Below are positions 22,036-33,300 of a stretch of 36,981 nt of DNA, one piece after another (within the stretch, counting starts at the first letter, position 1; the number at the start of each line of letters is the position of its first letter). Where the stretch lies: contig NC_068982.1 in the NCBI RefSeq assembly GCF_001194135.2, positions 162,774,480 to 162,811,460 on the forward strand, read 5' to 3'. The stretch is from Octopus bimaculoides. Lineage: Eukaryota. Made by a program: the position numbers and the translations under genes. The notes below the pieces were generated by a model that saw only the letters and a list, made by a program, of their open reading frames with translations, was not told where the DNA came from and did not search any database.

Positions 22036-23140
22036 TTATATGTAGGCCTCATTTATTTCATTGCCCTCAACAAGAATATAGGACTGCAGGTATTTAGTAT
22101 TGCATCAACCATAAAATATTAATATATTTAAATGAAGAAATGGCAATGGGTGGATTATTAACATTGTTGTTTTGTCCTCTTGATTACTAACCTGTGATCA
22201 AAGTTTCAACTTTGATCAACCTGTCTTTCTATAACTTAGACTATGTTTTCTAAAATACCCGCTTTTTATTTTAAGAAAGTAGGGTGTAATATGAGGTGAT
22301 TTGGCTGCTATTTCTAACAGGTAGTGTGACCATGTAAGAGGCTCCCTCATTAATTTATGTGACAATGCTTAGTTGATTAAGTGACAATAAGCACAGGCTT
22401 AGCTGTGTGGTTAAGAAGTTCACTTCACAACCACGTGCTTTACATGTTTGATTTCACTGCATGCAGCATCTGGGGAAAGTATCTTCTACCATAGCCTCAG
22501 GTTGGCCAAAACCACTTGAGTGAAATTTTGTAAATGGAAACTGTGTGGAAGCTCATCAGAGAAGCTGTCTTGTTCTTTGTGTAGTAGACATGATTCATTG
22601 CCTAGTTTAATACCCCCACCTAAATGCTTTTAACAGAGGACATGAAAATGTTGAAAACATATGGACCAGGTCTTCAGTCTTAAAAGTCATGTATACTGTC
22701 CTTCCTCAACTGACTAAGTGATGATAAAAAAAGGAATAAGTGATTGAGTGACTGGGTGACAATAACTGGATGATTAAATCATAATGATTGAGCAGTTGAA
22801 TGGCACTTGTTGAATAAATTGGTATTCATTTGGCAGCTACTGTGACAGAGATCAAATCCATCAAATGTAACTGTAATATAAAGGGTAAAGATGGGATACC
22901 TCTACCTCTTCTCTGTTGTCAGACCACTACCACACCACATACATATACATGTGTTGTTGCTTCCTCCACACACACACACACACACACCATCACCTTTTCT
23001 CCAATTCTTATCAAACCTATTACTATACACACCCTCATTTCTCTTCTCTTCATGTCATCTCCTAATATCGCACAACACCCACCCTCTTGTCTCATACTGC
23101 ACTAATCAAGTTGACCTTATACAATCCTGAGCTAATGTGT

Positions 23141-23333
23141 GAGCCTTTATGTGGTCAATTGACTTGCTAGAAATAACAGCTATATCCCCTCTTAACTCAC
23201 ACCATGCCTATTTTAAAGCAGTGAGACACATTAAGTGTAGTCCTAGACATAAGATGAGATGAGATGGTCATGGCTTAAATACATTTGATCATAGGCCTGC
23301 TGGATGAGGGATGACCTAGTGCTAAACAACAAC
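23141..23333 (+). repeat. ~190-bp dispersed repeat, family R (also 22272-22348 -, 27191-27370 +, 35708-35903 +, partial 7845-7960)
   Basis: Shared gtggtca.t.gac.tgctagaaata.cagc.aaatc...gatcatagg...gacct.g.gctaaacaac. Confidence 0.7.
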
Positions 23334-23381
23334 CAGTACAATATATTTTCTTATCATTCTAATATTTCTGTTCCATTTCAG

Positions 23382-24594
23382 GTTTTTGGAATTGGATTAA
23401 ACAGTGAGGCTGTTTATTTTCGATTTGGAGTGAAACCAGATGAATTGAGTGGCAAAACTTGGCAACCATTACAGATTAACTTACCTCCTGACAGACATTC
23501 TATTTCTGATACAGATAGCATCAGTGCTGCCTTTCTTGGACACAGTTCTTCGGTAGACAACAGCTTTGACATCACTGGTTCCACCCCTTGTGTCAATCTA
23601 GATGAAAACTCTGCCGAATGTGCTACATTTTATTCCCATCAAATGATCCGAGAACAACTTTTTGGTAATGACTATAGTTACCCTCCTATGGTTGGGGGAT
23701 CCTTACCAGGTCGTTTTACAAACATAACAGAACAGAGTTCTTCTGAGTCCCTCATGTCCCGAAGTGAGGGTAGTATTTGGTATGAAGGTACCAGCTGCAA
23801 AACCAGTATTTACAATCCATCAGATATTGAAAATCTACACATGAGTACATCACAAACCACACCTACCCATCATGTAGCTGGGAGCAAGGTAATTGCTCAG
23901 AAAGATAGTGATGAGGAAAGAACTAAAGAGAAAGAAGTGTGTATCTGTAAAGTATCTGAACAGTCTGCTACAGATGATAGCAAATTCAAAGCTGATGACC
24001 GTTTTGATGTTACGTTAAAGATTTGTCCTGTGTGTCACAAAGTAGTTTATAAGAAGTTTTTCCAGTCCAACTTGTTAGATTCTCATGAGGAGTGTTCAGA
24101 GAAGACGACAAAACCAACTAAAGACACTTCGGATGTTATTTTAAATTTTGTCACAGATTTACTGGATGAAGAAGAAAGTGGAACAACAGGTGAAAGCTCA
24201 AGTGATGTCAGTTGTGAAGCCTTAGAATCTTCTGCCTCAAGTGGCTTCTCTATCCCTCCAGTTGATTATGTGACCTGCAACTCAGTTGATCCTCTTATCA
24301 TTGAAGACATGCCACTGTTTATGAGTGAAGAACTTAAAAAAAAAGAAAATAGCTCAAACCAATCAAAGCCAACAAAAGACCAAACAAAATGTTCAGTGGA
24401 TGAAATTTCAAAATCTAAAAATCAGCCAGAGCAATCTCGAGTTCCAGAATCAGCAATTATTCCATATCGACGAACTGATGAAGAACAAGATATATTTTCT
24501 GGAGATTCAGAAAAGTTGACATGGCGTTGGGTGTCTGCGATGTCCTGTCTAATTGATAAACCATCATCAGTGTGTTGGTTATCTGCATCAAGAC
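23382..24594 (+). CDS. TECPR1: TECPR1 coding exon 8 (end of TECPR repeat plus long Ser/Asp/Glu-rich linker)
   Basis: tttcag|GTT...AGAC|gtaagt; begins VFGIGLNSEAVYFRFGVKPDELSGKTW (human AVYFRQGVTPSELSGKTW), ends WRWVSAMSCLIDKPSSVCWLSASR; 1213 nt, ends phase 1; lies within ORF 23304..24845. Confidence 0.92.
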
Positions 24595-25224
24595 GTAAGT
24601 TATCTTTTGAACTTCAGACAAATATATTTCTTTACTCAGAGTGTGTCGACTTGTGTGAACATGTGTTTGTGTGCTTTAATTTGGAAGTAAAATACATAAT
24701 TAAGGTTACATACAAACAACTTCATTCCAAAGAGGCTGAAATTACAGTGCATGTTAAATATAATACATGTACACACTCACATATGTATTATTATTTTCCC
24801 TTTTCACTTTTTCTGTGCCTGTATAGTTTGAACAAGAGTTATTGAGGCTGTATTCTACAGTTAGATGCTCTTCCAATAATAGCCAGTCCTCACTTGCTTT
24901 TCAAGAAAGGTATTGTTATTCCACTGGTTATCACATCCCAATCACATTCTTTCAGATTCAGCTCCACTGAGAAGCACCTTTCCAAATAAGTAGTGAAATA
25001 ACTCTCTTTTCCTCCTGCCTTTCAAATAGCATTTTAATATTTATATGATCACAATAAGTAAACAATGAAATTACATTTAAGAATTTATAAAAACAAATTT
25101 GAAAATAGTAAAATATTTTTAAAGGAACACATTTGATACAAGTTTGAAAAATTTGAAAAAGGCTGGTCAAATGATTGAACAGAAATAACAGATAAATTTC
25201 AAATACAGTTTTGGATAGAACATA

Positions 25225-26273
25225 AAACACAAACCCCTTCAGGTAGATGGCCCTGCTCAGTATGTAGAAAAGGAGTAGGTAGTAACTCTATAAGATGTAC
25301 CCGGTGCAAGCTATGGACACATAAGAGGTGCAGCAACATCAAAGGCAGGTTAACTAGCAAGTTAGTTTTTGTTTGTGGCAGATCTTCAGGTGCAATAAAG
25401 ACTGTCAACAAACAGGAAACAACTTCTATCTCATTCCAGGGTGAAAAACTAGAGGTAGTCGATANNNNNNNNNNNNNNNNNNNNNNNNNNNNNNNNNNNN
25501 NNNNNNNNNNNNNNNNNNNNNNNNNNNNNNNNNNNNNNNNNNNNNNNNNNNNNNNNNNNNNNNNNNNNNNNNNNNNNNNNNNNNNNNNNNNNNNNNNNNN
25601 NNNNNNNNNNNNNNNNNNNNNNNNNNNNNNNNNNNNNNNNNNNNNNNNNNNNNNNNNNNNNNNNNNNNNNNNNNNNNNNNNNNNNNNNNNNNNNNNNNNN
25701 NNNNNNNNNNNNNNNNNNNNNNNNNNNNNNNNNNNNNNNNNNNNNNNNNNNNNNNNNNNNNNNNNNNNNNNNNNNNNNNNNNNNNNNNNNNNNNNNNNNN
25801 NNNNNNNNNNNNNNNNNNNNNNNNNNNNNNNNNNNNNNNNNNNNNNNNNNNNNNNNNNNNNNNNNNNNNNNNNNNNNNNNNNNNNNNNNNNNNNNNNNNN
25901 NNNNNNNNNNNNNNNNNNNNNNNNNNNNNNNNNNNNNNNNNNNNNNNNNNNNNNNNNNNNNNNNNNNNNNNNNNNNNNNNNNNNNNNNNNNNNNNNNNNN
26001 NNNNNNNNNNNNNNNNNNNNNNNNNNNNNNNNNNNNNNNNNNNNNNNNNNNNNNNNNNNNNNNNNNNNGGCCGTTTTCGTGCGGGTGACACGTAAAAGCA
26101 CCCACTACACTCTCTGAGTGGTTGGCGTTAGGAAGGGCATCCAGCTGTAGAAACTCTGCCAAATTAGATTGGAGCCTGGTGTTGCCATCCTGTTTCACCA
26201 GTCCTCAGTCAAATCGTCCAACCCATGCTAGCATGGAAAGCGGACGTTAAACGATGATGATGATGATGATGAT
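25225..26273 (+). mobile_element. 5'-truncated RTE LINE spanning an assembly gap
   Basis: Open frame before the gap PSGRWPCSVCRKGVGSNSIRCTRCKLWTHKRCSNIKGRLTSKLVFVCGRS...EKLEVVD; after the 604-N gap, the canonical tail ending (gat)n at 26273. The link across the gap is inferred. Confidence 0.78.
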
Positions 26274-26280
26274 ATATATA

Positions 26281-26660
26281 TCATCATCAACATCATCTTT
26301 TAATGTCCACCTTCCATACTGGCATGAGTTGGACAATTTGATTGAGGACTGGCAAACCAGGAGGCTGTGCTAGGCTCTAATCTGTTCTGGCAAGGTTTCT
26401 CCAGCTGGATGCCCTTCCTAATGCCAACCACTCTGAGAGTGTAGTGTGTGCTTTTTACCTGTCACCAGCACAGAATCCAGTCAGGCGGCACTAGCAACGA
26501 CCACGCTCAAATGGTGCTTTTTACATGCCAGTCAGGTGGCACTGGTATCGGCCACGACAACGATTTCACTTGACTCAATAGGTCTTCTCAAGCACAGCAT
26601 ATTGCCCAACGATAGAAGGGTACCTTTAAACAGGTCAGTTATGCGACACTGGCATCAGCT
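26281..26660 (-). mobile_element. RTE-type 3' end, tail-to-tail with the preceding copy
   Basis: Reverse-complement tail plus subrepeats like those at 4031-4510. Confidence 0.82.
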
Positions 26661-27473
26661 GCATGCACACACACACATTTGTTTTGTTCCTTTTTGGCCT
26701 GTTTTTCCATGCTTGGATGAATATGATATTTGAGGCATTGTTTTATGGCCAGGCACATTCCTGATGCTAATTCTCACCTGTTTTTTAAGTTAATGGTCAC
26801 TTACTCAACATGGCTTTGAAGGCATGAAGTGTCCAGACAAATTTTTAACAATAAAAACTGTTATCGGATGCTGAAGCTTCTTGAAATGTAACTTGGTTTA
26901 ACATTTCTGATTACTTTTTTACTTGTTCTGACCCAAGGCCTATCGCCATATTCAAACATTGGAATAATTGGAAACATGAAATTCAGGGTTAATGATGAAG
27001 TTAACCCTTGCAAGATTTGAACTTGGGGTGTAACTAAATACTGCTAATTATTTTGTCAGTCACTATCAAATTTATAATACCACAACACCCCGCTCCACCC
27101 CCAACAACATCACCATCAATGACAATATTAATATATTTATAATGAAGGCAACCAGCCATCCTTTCAGAGAGATTAGATCTGTACTAAACTGAATCCACTT
27201 TATGTGGTCACTCGATCTGCTACAAATATCTGCTAAATCTCCCTCAAATCACATCCTACTGAGTTGAGAGGGGATATAGCTGTTATTTCTTGCAGGTCAT
27301 GGTTATAAATGTAATACATTTGATCATAGTTGTGCTGAGTCTGTTCTGACCTGGAGCTAAGCATCAACAGTCATTTCCAGTGCTTGGTACAAATTTTAGG
27401 AATCTAATCTATATTTTATCAACTTAATCACTGATATAGACTAGATTTAATATTCTTGAATTATCTCTTGCAG

Positions 27474-27622
27474 GGCATACAACTGGTTCAACAAGTAGCA
27501 TTATTGATGATTCTACCATTCTGCTAGCACCAGCCCTTCGTACAACCATTCTTCAACGACTTCAAACACGCAACTACAAAGAAGTGACATTATTTGCGCA
27601 CATGGAACATGCTGTGGAGAAG
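27474..27622 (+). CDS. TECPR1: TECPR1 coding exon 9 (ATG5-interacting helix, AIR/AFIM)
   Basis: tgcag|GG...AAG|gtaggt; ...LAPALRTTILQRLQTRNYKEVTLFAHMEHAVEK aligns with recalled human AAWRKQIFQQLTERTKRELENFRHYEQAVEQ; 149 nt, phase 1 to 0. Confidence 0.9.
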
Positions 27623-27716
27623 GTAGGTGTATACTGTTTTGTTTACTTTGTTATTTACTTTGGTACATTAGGAATTGGAGTGCTGCTCTCTGATTTTTAT
27701 CCATAGATTTGCTTCT

Positions 27717-29157
27717 CATAACTAAGGCACCTACCCATTACTATGTAAGCTTGTCATAAATTACAGTTCTTAACAATAACTAAATTACCTAGTTGTATAT
27801 AAAGTACTCAACCATATCAGAAGTATTTTCTTGTAGCAGAGGTACCTCATTATAACTAAGATATGTAGCCATGATTAAGAGATCTAGCCATACCTAAGGT
27901 ATCTTGCAGTAACTAAGATATCTAGCCATAACTAATGTACCTAACTATAACTAAAGTAACAAGCTATAAATAAGGTACCCAGCTATAACTAAAGTTCTTT
28001 GATACCAACATTACCTATCTAGCGACATCAAAATAGCTCATCATAATAGTGGTACCTATAGTTAAGATAGATAGCCATGACTAAAGAATCAAACTATAAC
28101 TATTAATTTTATATATGATATTTAGGAATAACAAAATACCTAGTCATGACTAAAGTACCAAAGTATATATTAGATGTCCAGCCCTTCATAACATTACAAA
28201 TATATATATAGTCTCAAACTCTCAGTACTTGGGTTGTGGATCCATATTCATTGCAAATAATTTCTTGATCATCTGAACATACTGCATACTACAGATCTTG
28301 TTGATAGGTTCCAAGTTTTGTGGACATGTTATCTGCAATAGACTTTGTATGTGCAAGGTACTGAGACATAACTAATTAGGTGTTAATAAGACATAAAGTA
28401 TTGAATCATAAGTAAGGTACATAGTCAGGTACTAAGATACATAGTTATAAAATTCTGAATCATAACTAAGTTACACAGTTATAAAGCACTGAGTGATGAT
28501 AATGGTACACAATCACAAAGCACTAAGTCTTAATTGAAATACACAGTTTTATAATACTAAATCATAATTAAGATACACAGTCATAAAGTACTGAGTCACA
28601 ACTAAGTTATGGCTCAGTGATAAATACTGCGTCATGAGTAAGGTCACACTCATAAAGTACCGAGTCATAACTGAAATATACTGTTGTAAAGTGTGGAGTT
28701 ATAACTAGGGCACAGTTGTAAAATGCTGAGTTGTAGCTAAGGTACACAATCCTGATTAAGATCTGCAATCTCAAGCATTGAGTTGTAACTAAGGTATACT
28801 GTCGTAAAGGACTAAGTCATAGCTAAGATACACAATTATAAAGAACTGAACAACAAATTACTCTGGTATGTTTGAGGAATTGAACTATATATGTTACTGT
28901 TGTGTCTTAGTGAAGTTATTGGCCTACACATTGCTATCACAATTACTAAATATCCATGCTACAAGGCACTGTATCATAACTAGGGTTCAAAATTACAAGG
29001 AACTATATCATAACTAAGATACTGAGCTATAGAGTAATGTCATAACAGCAACATTGTAGAATATCGTAAATAAGGTGCTGAATTACAAAGTATTAAGTGA
29101 TAGCTAAGGTATGTATCAGTATTCAGTTACAAGGTATTTTTTCATAACTAAGGCATC
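27717..29157. repeat. Degenerate minisatellite: 19-bp block (27717-28162) and 34-bp block (28355-29157)
   Basis: 19-bp units at 27869/27888/27907/27926 (about CYATAACTAAGGTACCTAG); 34-bp units at 28460/28494/28528/28562 (about TCATAACTAAGGTACACAGTCATAAAGTACTGAG). Confidence 0.85.
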
Positions 29158-29192
29158 AAAAAGTAACTGTAATTCACAAAACTCTAAAATAT

Positions 29193-29394
29193 TGCTTTCA
29201 AACTTTGGCACAAGTTCAGCAATTTCAGAGGGATATGTAAGTCAATTGCATCAACCCCAGTACTCAACTGGTACCCTGAAATGATGGAAGGCAAAGTTGA
29301 CCACAGTGGAATTTGAACTTAGAATGTAATGATGGACAAAATACTTTTAAGCATTGTGCCTGGCACGCTAACAATTCTGCCAGCTCACTGCCTT
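29193..29394 (-). mobile_element. Family-B SINE (further minus copies at 31108-31320 and 33665-33860)
   Basis: ccccagtactcaactggtac...aaggcaaagttgacc...gaatttgaact...gctaacaattctgccagctcactgcc. Confidence 0.7.
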
Positions 29395-29616
29395 ATAAAT
29401 ATTAATGCTTTCTCGCTCCCCGTCAGCTTCTTGGTACATAAGGGGTTTTCAACTCACTCTTTATTTGTTATTTTAACCAGTGATGTAACAAACAGAAGCT
29501 CCTTCAAATATATATGCTAATTACACCAAGCTCTTTAATTAACACATTGTGTCCTAAAATTCCTAATGCCCTCTTACCTTTATTTCCATTGAAGTTGTTA
29601 ACCAAAATATTTTCAG

Positions 29617-29769
29617 GTCTCTTGGATCAAGAAAGGGAGTCTTTATTGGTTAGAGAATCCACAAAAGTCCAAATGGATTGAATGTAATGTAGAGTTTGAA
29701 CAAGGAATGGACACTGTCTGTGAACCAAGCACATTTACAATACATTATGTTGTTAAATCTAATCATATG
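29617..29769 (+). CDS. TECPR1: TECPR1 coding exon 10 (PH domain, N part)
   Basis: ttcag|GTC...ATG|gtaagt; VSWIKKGSLYWLENPQKSKWIECNVEFEQ...FTIHYVVKSNHM (human SVWVKTGALQWW...KWVDV); 51 codons. Confidence 0.9.
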
Positions 29770-31471
29770 GTAAGTTATCTTCTTTTGTCCAGCCTCTAAT
29801 TCAGTAACTCCATCTTTCAAGTTCTTCCCGTAATGATAGAGATAGAAATGAAAATATACCCAAGAAAATTTTAGTAATAGTTGGTGTAGGTGGGGCTGGT
29901 ATTTGTCAGTTTGGGAACCACTGCCTTAACCCATTTGATTCTAAATATATCTCTGTAAACTCTATTGTCATATCTATTTAGGAAAGAAGGGACATTAACT
30001 TAGTGAAGTGACCATCTCTCTCCAAGCTATTTGCCTTTGAGAGGAGTTGAATTCAGCACTGCAAGCTGACAATTTTATAGTGTAGCCACACTTTTTATTG
30101 GTATGTTGTTCCTGTTCTGTAGTATTTATTTACTACAAGGTAAACGGGACCATTTCAGAACTTGATCATAGACACAACCATACAGTGCTAGTGTCATGAT
30201 ATGAACTGCTGAACTCTTGTTCAGTGTCCTATCCACTTAGTTATACTGATGCAACTACATTGCTGTCGACAGAATATGAACCATTGATGTCTTGACTGGT
30301 AACAATGCCCTATCAACAAGGCCATCTCTGATTTTAACATACATAATATATTGCCTGTCTAATCACTTTATGGAGTGTATTGGGTGCATTTTATTGTGGC
30401 ACCCACACTAGTAAGGTTGCCTTGTTCTTTGCAAGACTAAAAACTCCTCTCTGCCTTTCATTGCTATTGTTCTTTCAAGCAATCGTTACCAAGAGTGTCA
30501 ACAAAATATTGACTATGAGCGCAAAAGAAGAAAATGTATGAGTGTGATAGGGAAAACAGAATATGAGGGTAGGAAAGAAAGTGTTATCTACACGCTGATT
30601 GTTGGAGATAGCAAGAATAGTGTGATCAAGTAGCTATAAAGATGTGTCAAGATAAAAAAAGAGAGAGCAAATGATGGATAGCAACAGGGATGAGTGATGG
30701 TGAGTATGAGTGGTAGATGTCATTGAAGAGTCACTTGGCAGGGAGAGTCACGTGGTAGAGAAGGGTGACAGATGGATTATATTGAAGGTACTTGTGTCTT
30801 TAACGTAATTCTCAGGCAAACACAGCATGAGTAGCTGAGTATTCCACATATTCTTCATATAGAATTGGTATGATCATGTCTAACAAAGCTAGACCTTAGG
30901 ATTACAGGTACAGTCCATATGATGGGCTTTCACACAGTTTCTGTCTACATATTTTAATTTCATTCACAAGGTTTGGGTTGGCCTGAGGCTCTGATAAGTA
31001 ACACTTGTTCAAGGTATTACTCAGTGGAATCAAATCTCTTGTTTTATGATTACAAAACAAATTTTTTAACCATTCAGCTATCTCTGCACCTATAATGTGA
31101 TGATATTGGTTTCAAATTTTGGCTTAAGGCCAGCACTTTCAGAAGATGATGAGTTGATTACATCAGCCCCAGGACTCAACTGGTACTTATTTTATCAACC
31201 CTGAAAGGATGAAAAGCAAAATCAACCACGGCAGAATTTGAACTCAGAATGAAAAGAAGGGTGAAATGCTGCTAAGCATTTTGTCTGGCATGCTAACAAT
31301 TCTACCAGCTTACCACCTTAGAATATGCTAATGTTAAATAATAGTTGCTTTCATAAAGCATGGCATCTAGGAAGGAGATATGGGGAAGTGACACACGTAC
31401 CTTCCCCAATAGGCATTAAACATGTTTCTATGCTACATTCAGATATTCTGAACATTTCTTTTGTATTTCAG

Positions 31472-31624
31472 CATCTACAGATTCCACTGAATGAAGTGTT
31501 GTGTACCTGTCGCATCAGTGAACCATTACGACAGTATCAAATGGCCATTCATGTGAGTCCAGAAGTCAGTCATACATCACCAATTCTTCTATCATCCATT
31601 AATGAAGCAGATATTGATGATTGG
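31472..31624 (+). CDS. TECPR1: TECPR1 coding exon 11 (PH domain, C part)
   Basis: ttcag|CAT...TGG|gtaagt; HLQIPLNEVL...PILLSSINEADIDDW (PH terminal helix Trp); 51 codons. Confidence 0.92.
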
Positions 31625-31704
31625 GTAAGTTCACTTTACTATATGGCTCTCAATATGTTAATGTTGGTATTGTTGCTGTCTTGTTAATGTTACTATGCTT
31701 GTTG

Positions 31705-32458
31705 TTTAAACTTAGGTTGTCTCTGAAAAATCTATAATCAAAAGCATCCAGCTATGGCCATCCTGTCTTTATTACATTATCCAGTGTGTCCTTTCTTTCG
31801 TAAGATGGTAGGCTGTGACTGGAGAGATTTGACTCTTATTTGTAACAGGTCTAGTGACCATGTAGAGGTTCCCCTTTAATTCATTATTCAGTCACTTGAT
31901 CTACTAGAAATAGCAGCTAAATTTCTTTATTATCATACCCAACTATTTTTAATTAAGGATAGAGTGCACCATATAATACCTGATATACATAAAAATGAGA
32001 TGATCACAGCTGAAATGCCTTTGACCATAGATCTATTCAATCAGGGTTGATATGAGGGTCAAACTAAAACTGAAAGTTACAAAGCTGTCTGTTATCCCTT
32101 CCTAAGTTCAACCAATCCACTTTTCTCTCCTCCCACCATCCTTACTATGTGTCTATGCTACTACTGTTCCTAATATCACCAAAACTTTAACTCAGTTTAG
32201 TTTGATGAAATGGGATGTTTCCAAATCCACCTTTTCACTGTCATTTTCTCTCTTTGATGATGATGATTCTGTTGTTTACCCTCAGCTCAGCTGTGGTCAA
32301 ACAGACCTATGATTAAAACCATTCCAGTCATGGCTCTCCTATCATTTTAGGGACTATATTATATGATATACCCCACATTGTATTAGATGGTAATATGTGT
32401 TTTGTGGGAGAGTGGGTTACTATTTCTAGCAAGTAAAGTAATCATGTTGAAGCTCACT
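31705..32458. repeat. Three family-R copies in -,+,- orientation (about 31705-31872, 31888-32070, 32272-32458)
   Basis: Each aligns by eye to the 23141 copy or its reverse complement. Confidence 0.65.
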
Positions 32459-32523
32459 CATTGACTCATATGTATAAAGCTGTTCTAGTTTTACACGAAC
32501 AAATTGTTGTTTTTCCATTGCAG

Positions 32524-32690
32524 GTATCCACCCTGAATATTTCATCTGTCTCCAAACACAGGTACTTGAGTCTTGGCGTTCAACCAGGCGCAGTATGGTC
32601 AACAATGGTCCGTGGAGATATTTTTGTTTATGACCCTACAAACAGCATGTCAGATAGCAGTTCCTCTGGAACATTGAAGAACTTTTCTCC
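32524..32690 (+). CDS. TECPR1: TECPR1 coding exon 12
   Basis: tgcag|GTA...TCC|gtaaga; VSTLNISS...PGAVWSTMVRGDIFVYDPT (human QAIWSITCKGDIFVSEP); 167 nt, ends phase 2. Confidence 0.92.
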
Positions 32691-32861
32691 GTAAGAATAT
32701 TAATATCAATATTTTACTTGGCAATTGTTTTGGCAGCATGCTTGATGTATTACAAAGTGTCCACAGCTTTGAGGTATAAGAGAGGAAAAAAACTATGACT
32801 CATTAGACTGGAAACCAAGTTCTAATGCAAAATATACCTAAGGTCAAGATAGTGCTGTTAA

Positions 32862-33078
32862 CCCTTTAACATTCAGATTACTTTGTCAAATGTATTATTT
32901 AATTATTCATTGTTTTGAATCAATCATGCATTATCTTGTAGCTTAAATATTTTAATGGTGCGATTGCTTATTTTTAGAATGACATTGTAGGGTAGGTGTG
33001 ATAGGCCTAATCTGCCTGTTTGAACATAAAAAAAAGGTAGAATATTTGGGCCAGATGGCCAGTTTAAATGCTAATAGG
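32862..33078. mobile_element. piggyBac-type MITE
   Basis: TTAA on both sides (32858-61, 33079-82); imperfect TIRs ccctttaacatt / aatgctaatagg; non-coding, 217 bp. Confidence 0.65.
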
Positions 33079-33109
33079 TTAAAACAGGCTATAACCTAAC
33101 AACTAATAC

Positions 33110-33300
33110 AGTTTACTTGGCTAACAACACAGCACTGAAGATTAAAGGTAAATTCAGTAGTAAATTACAACTGGGAAATAACACATATAATGCTAATTTC
33201 CTTGTGGCTGACCACCTTGTAGCTCTGGTTATCATCGGAATTGATATCCTCAGTCAACACTTGGCAGTTACTATTGACTTGAAGGGCACACTCAAACCTG
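33110..33300 (+). mobile_element. Ty3/gypsy retropepsin (aspartyl protease) C-terminal remnant
   Basis: LANNTALKIKGK...LQLGNNTYNANFLVADHLVALVIIGIDILSQHLAVTIDLKG has the flap and IIGxDxL motifs; catalytic DTG/DSG not found. Confidence 0.65.

Noticed and set aside
23304-23381. N-terminal extension of the 513-aa ORF as a standalone gene
   Set aside because: The ATG lies within a family-R repeat; homology begins at the acceptor at 23382.
27717-29157. Regularly spaced ~34-bp repeats as a CRISPR array
   Set aside because: Units are contiguous and degenerate, with no unique spacers and no cas genes, inside a eukaryotic intron. The passing resemblance of CTATAACTAAGGTA to the 28S/I-CeuI site is short and lacks rRNA context.
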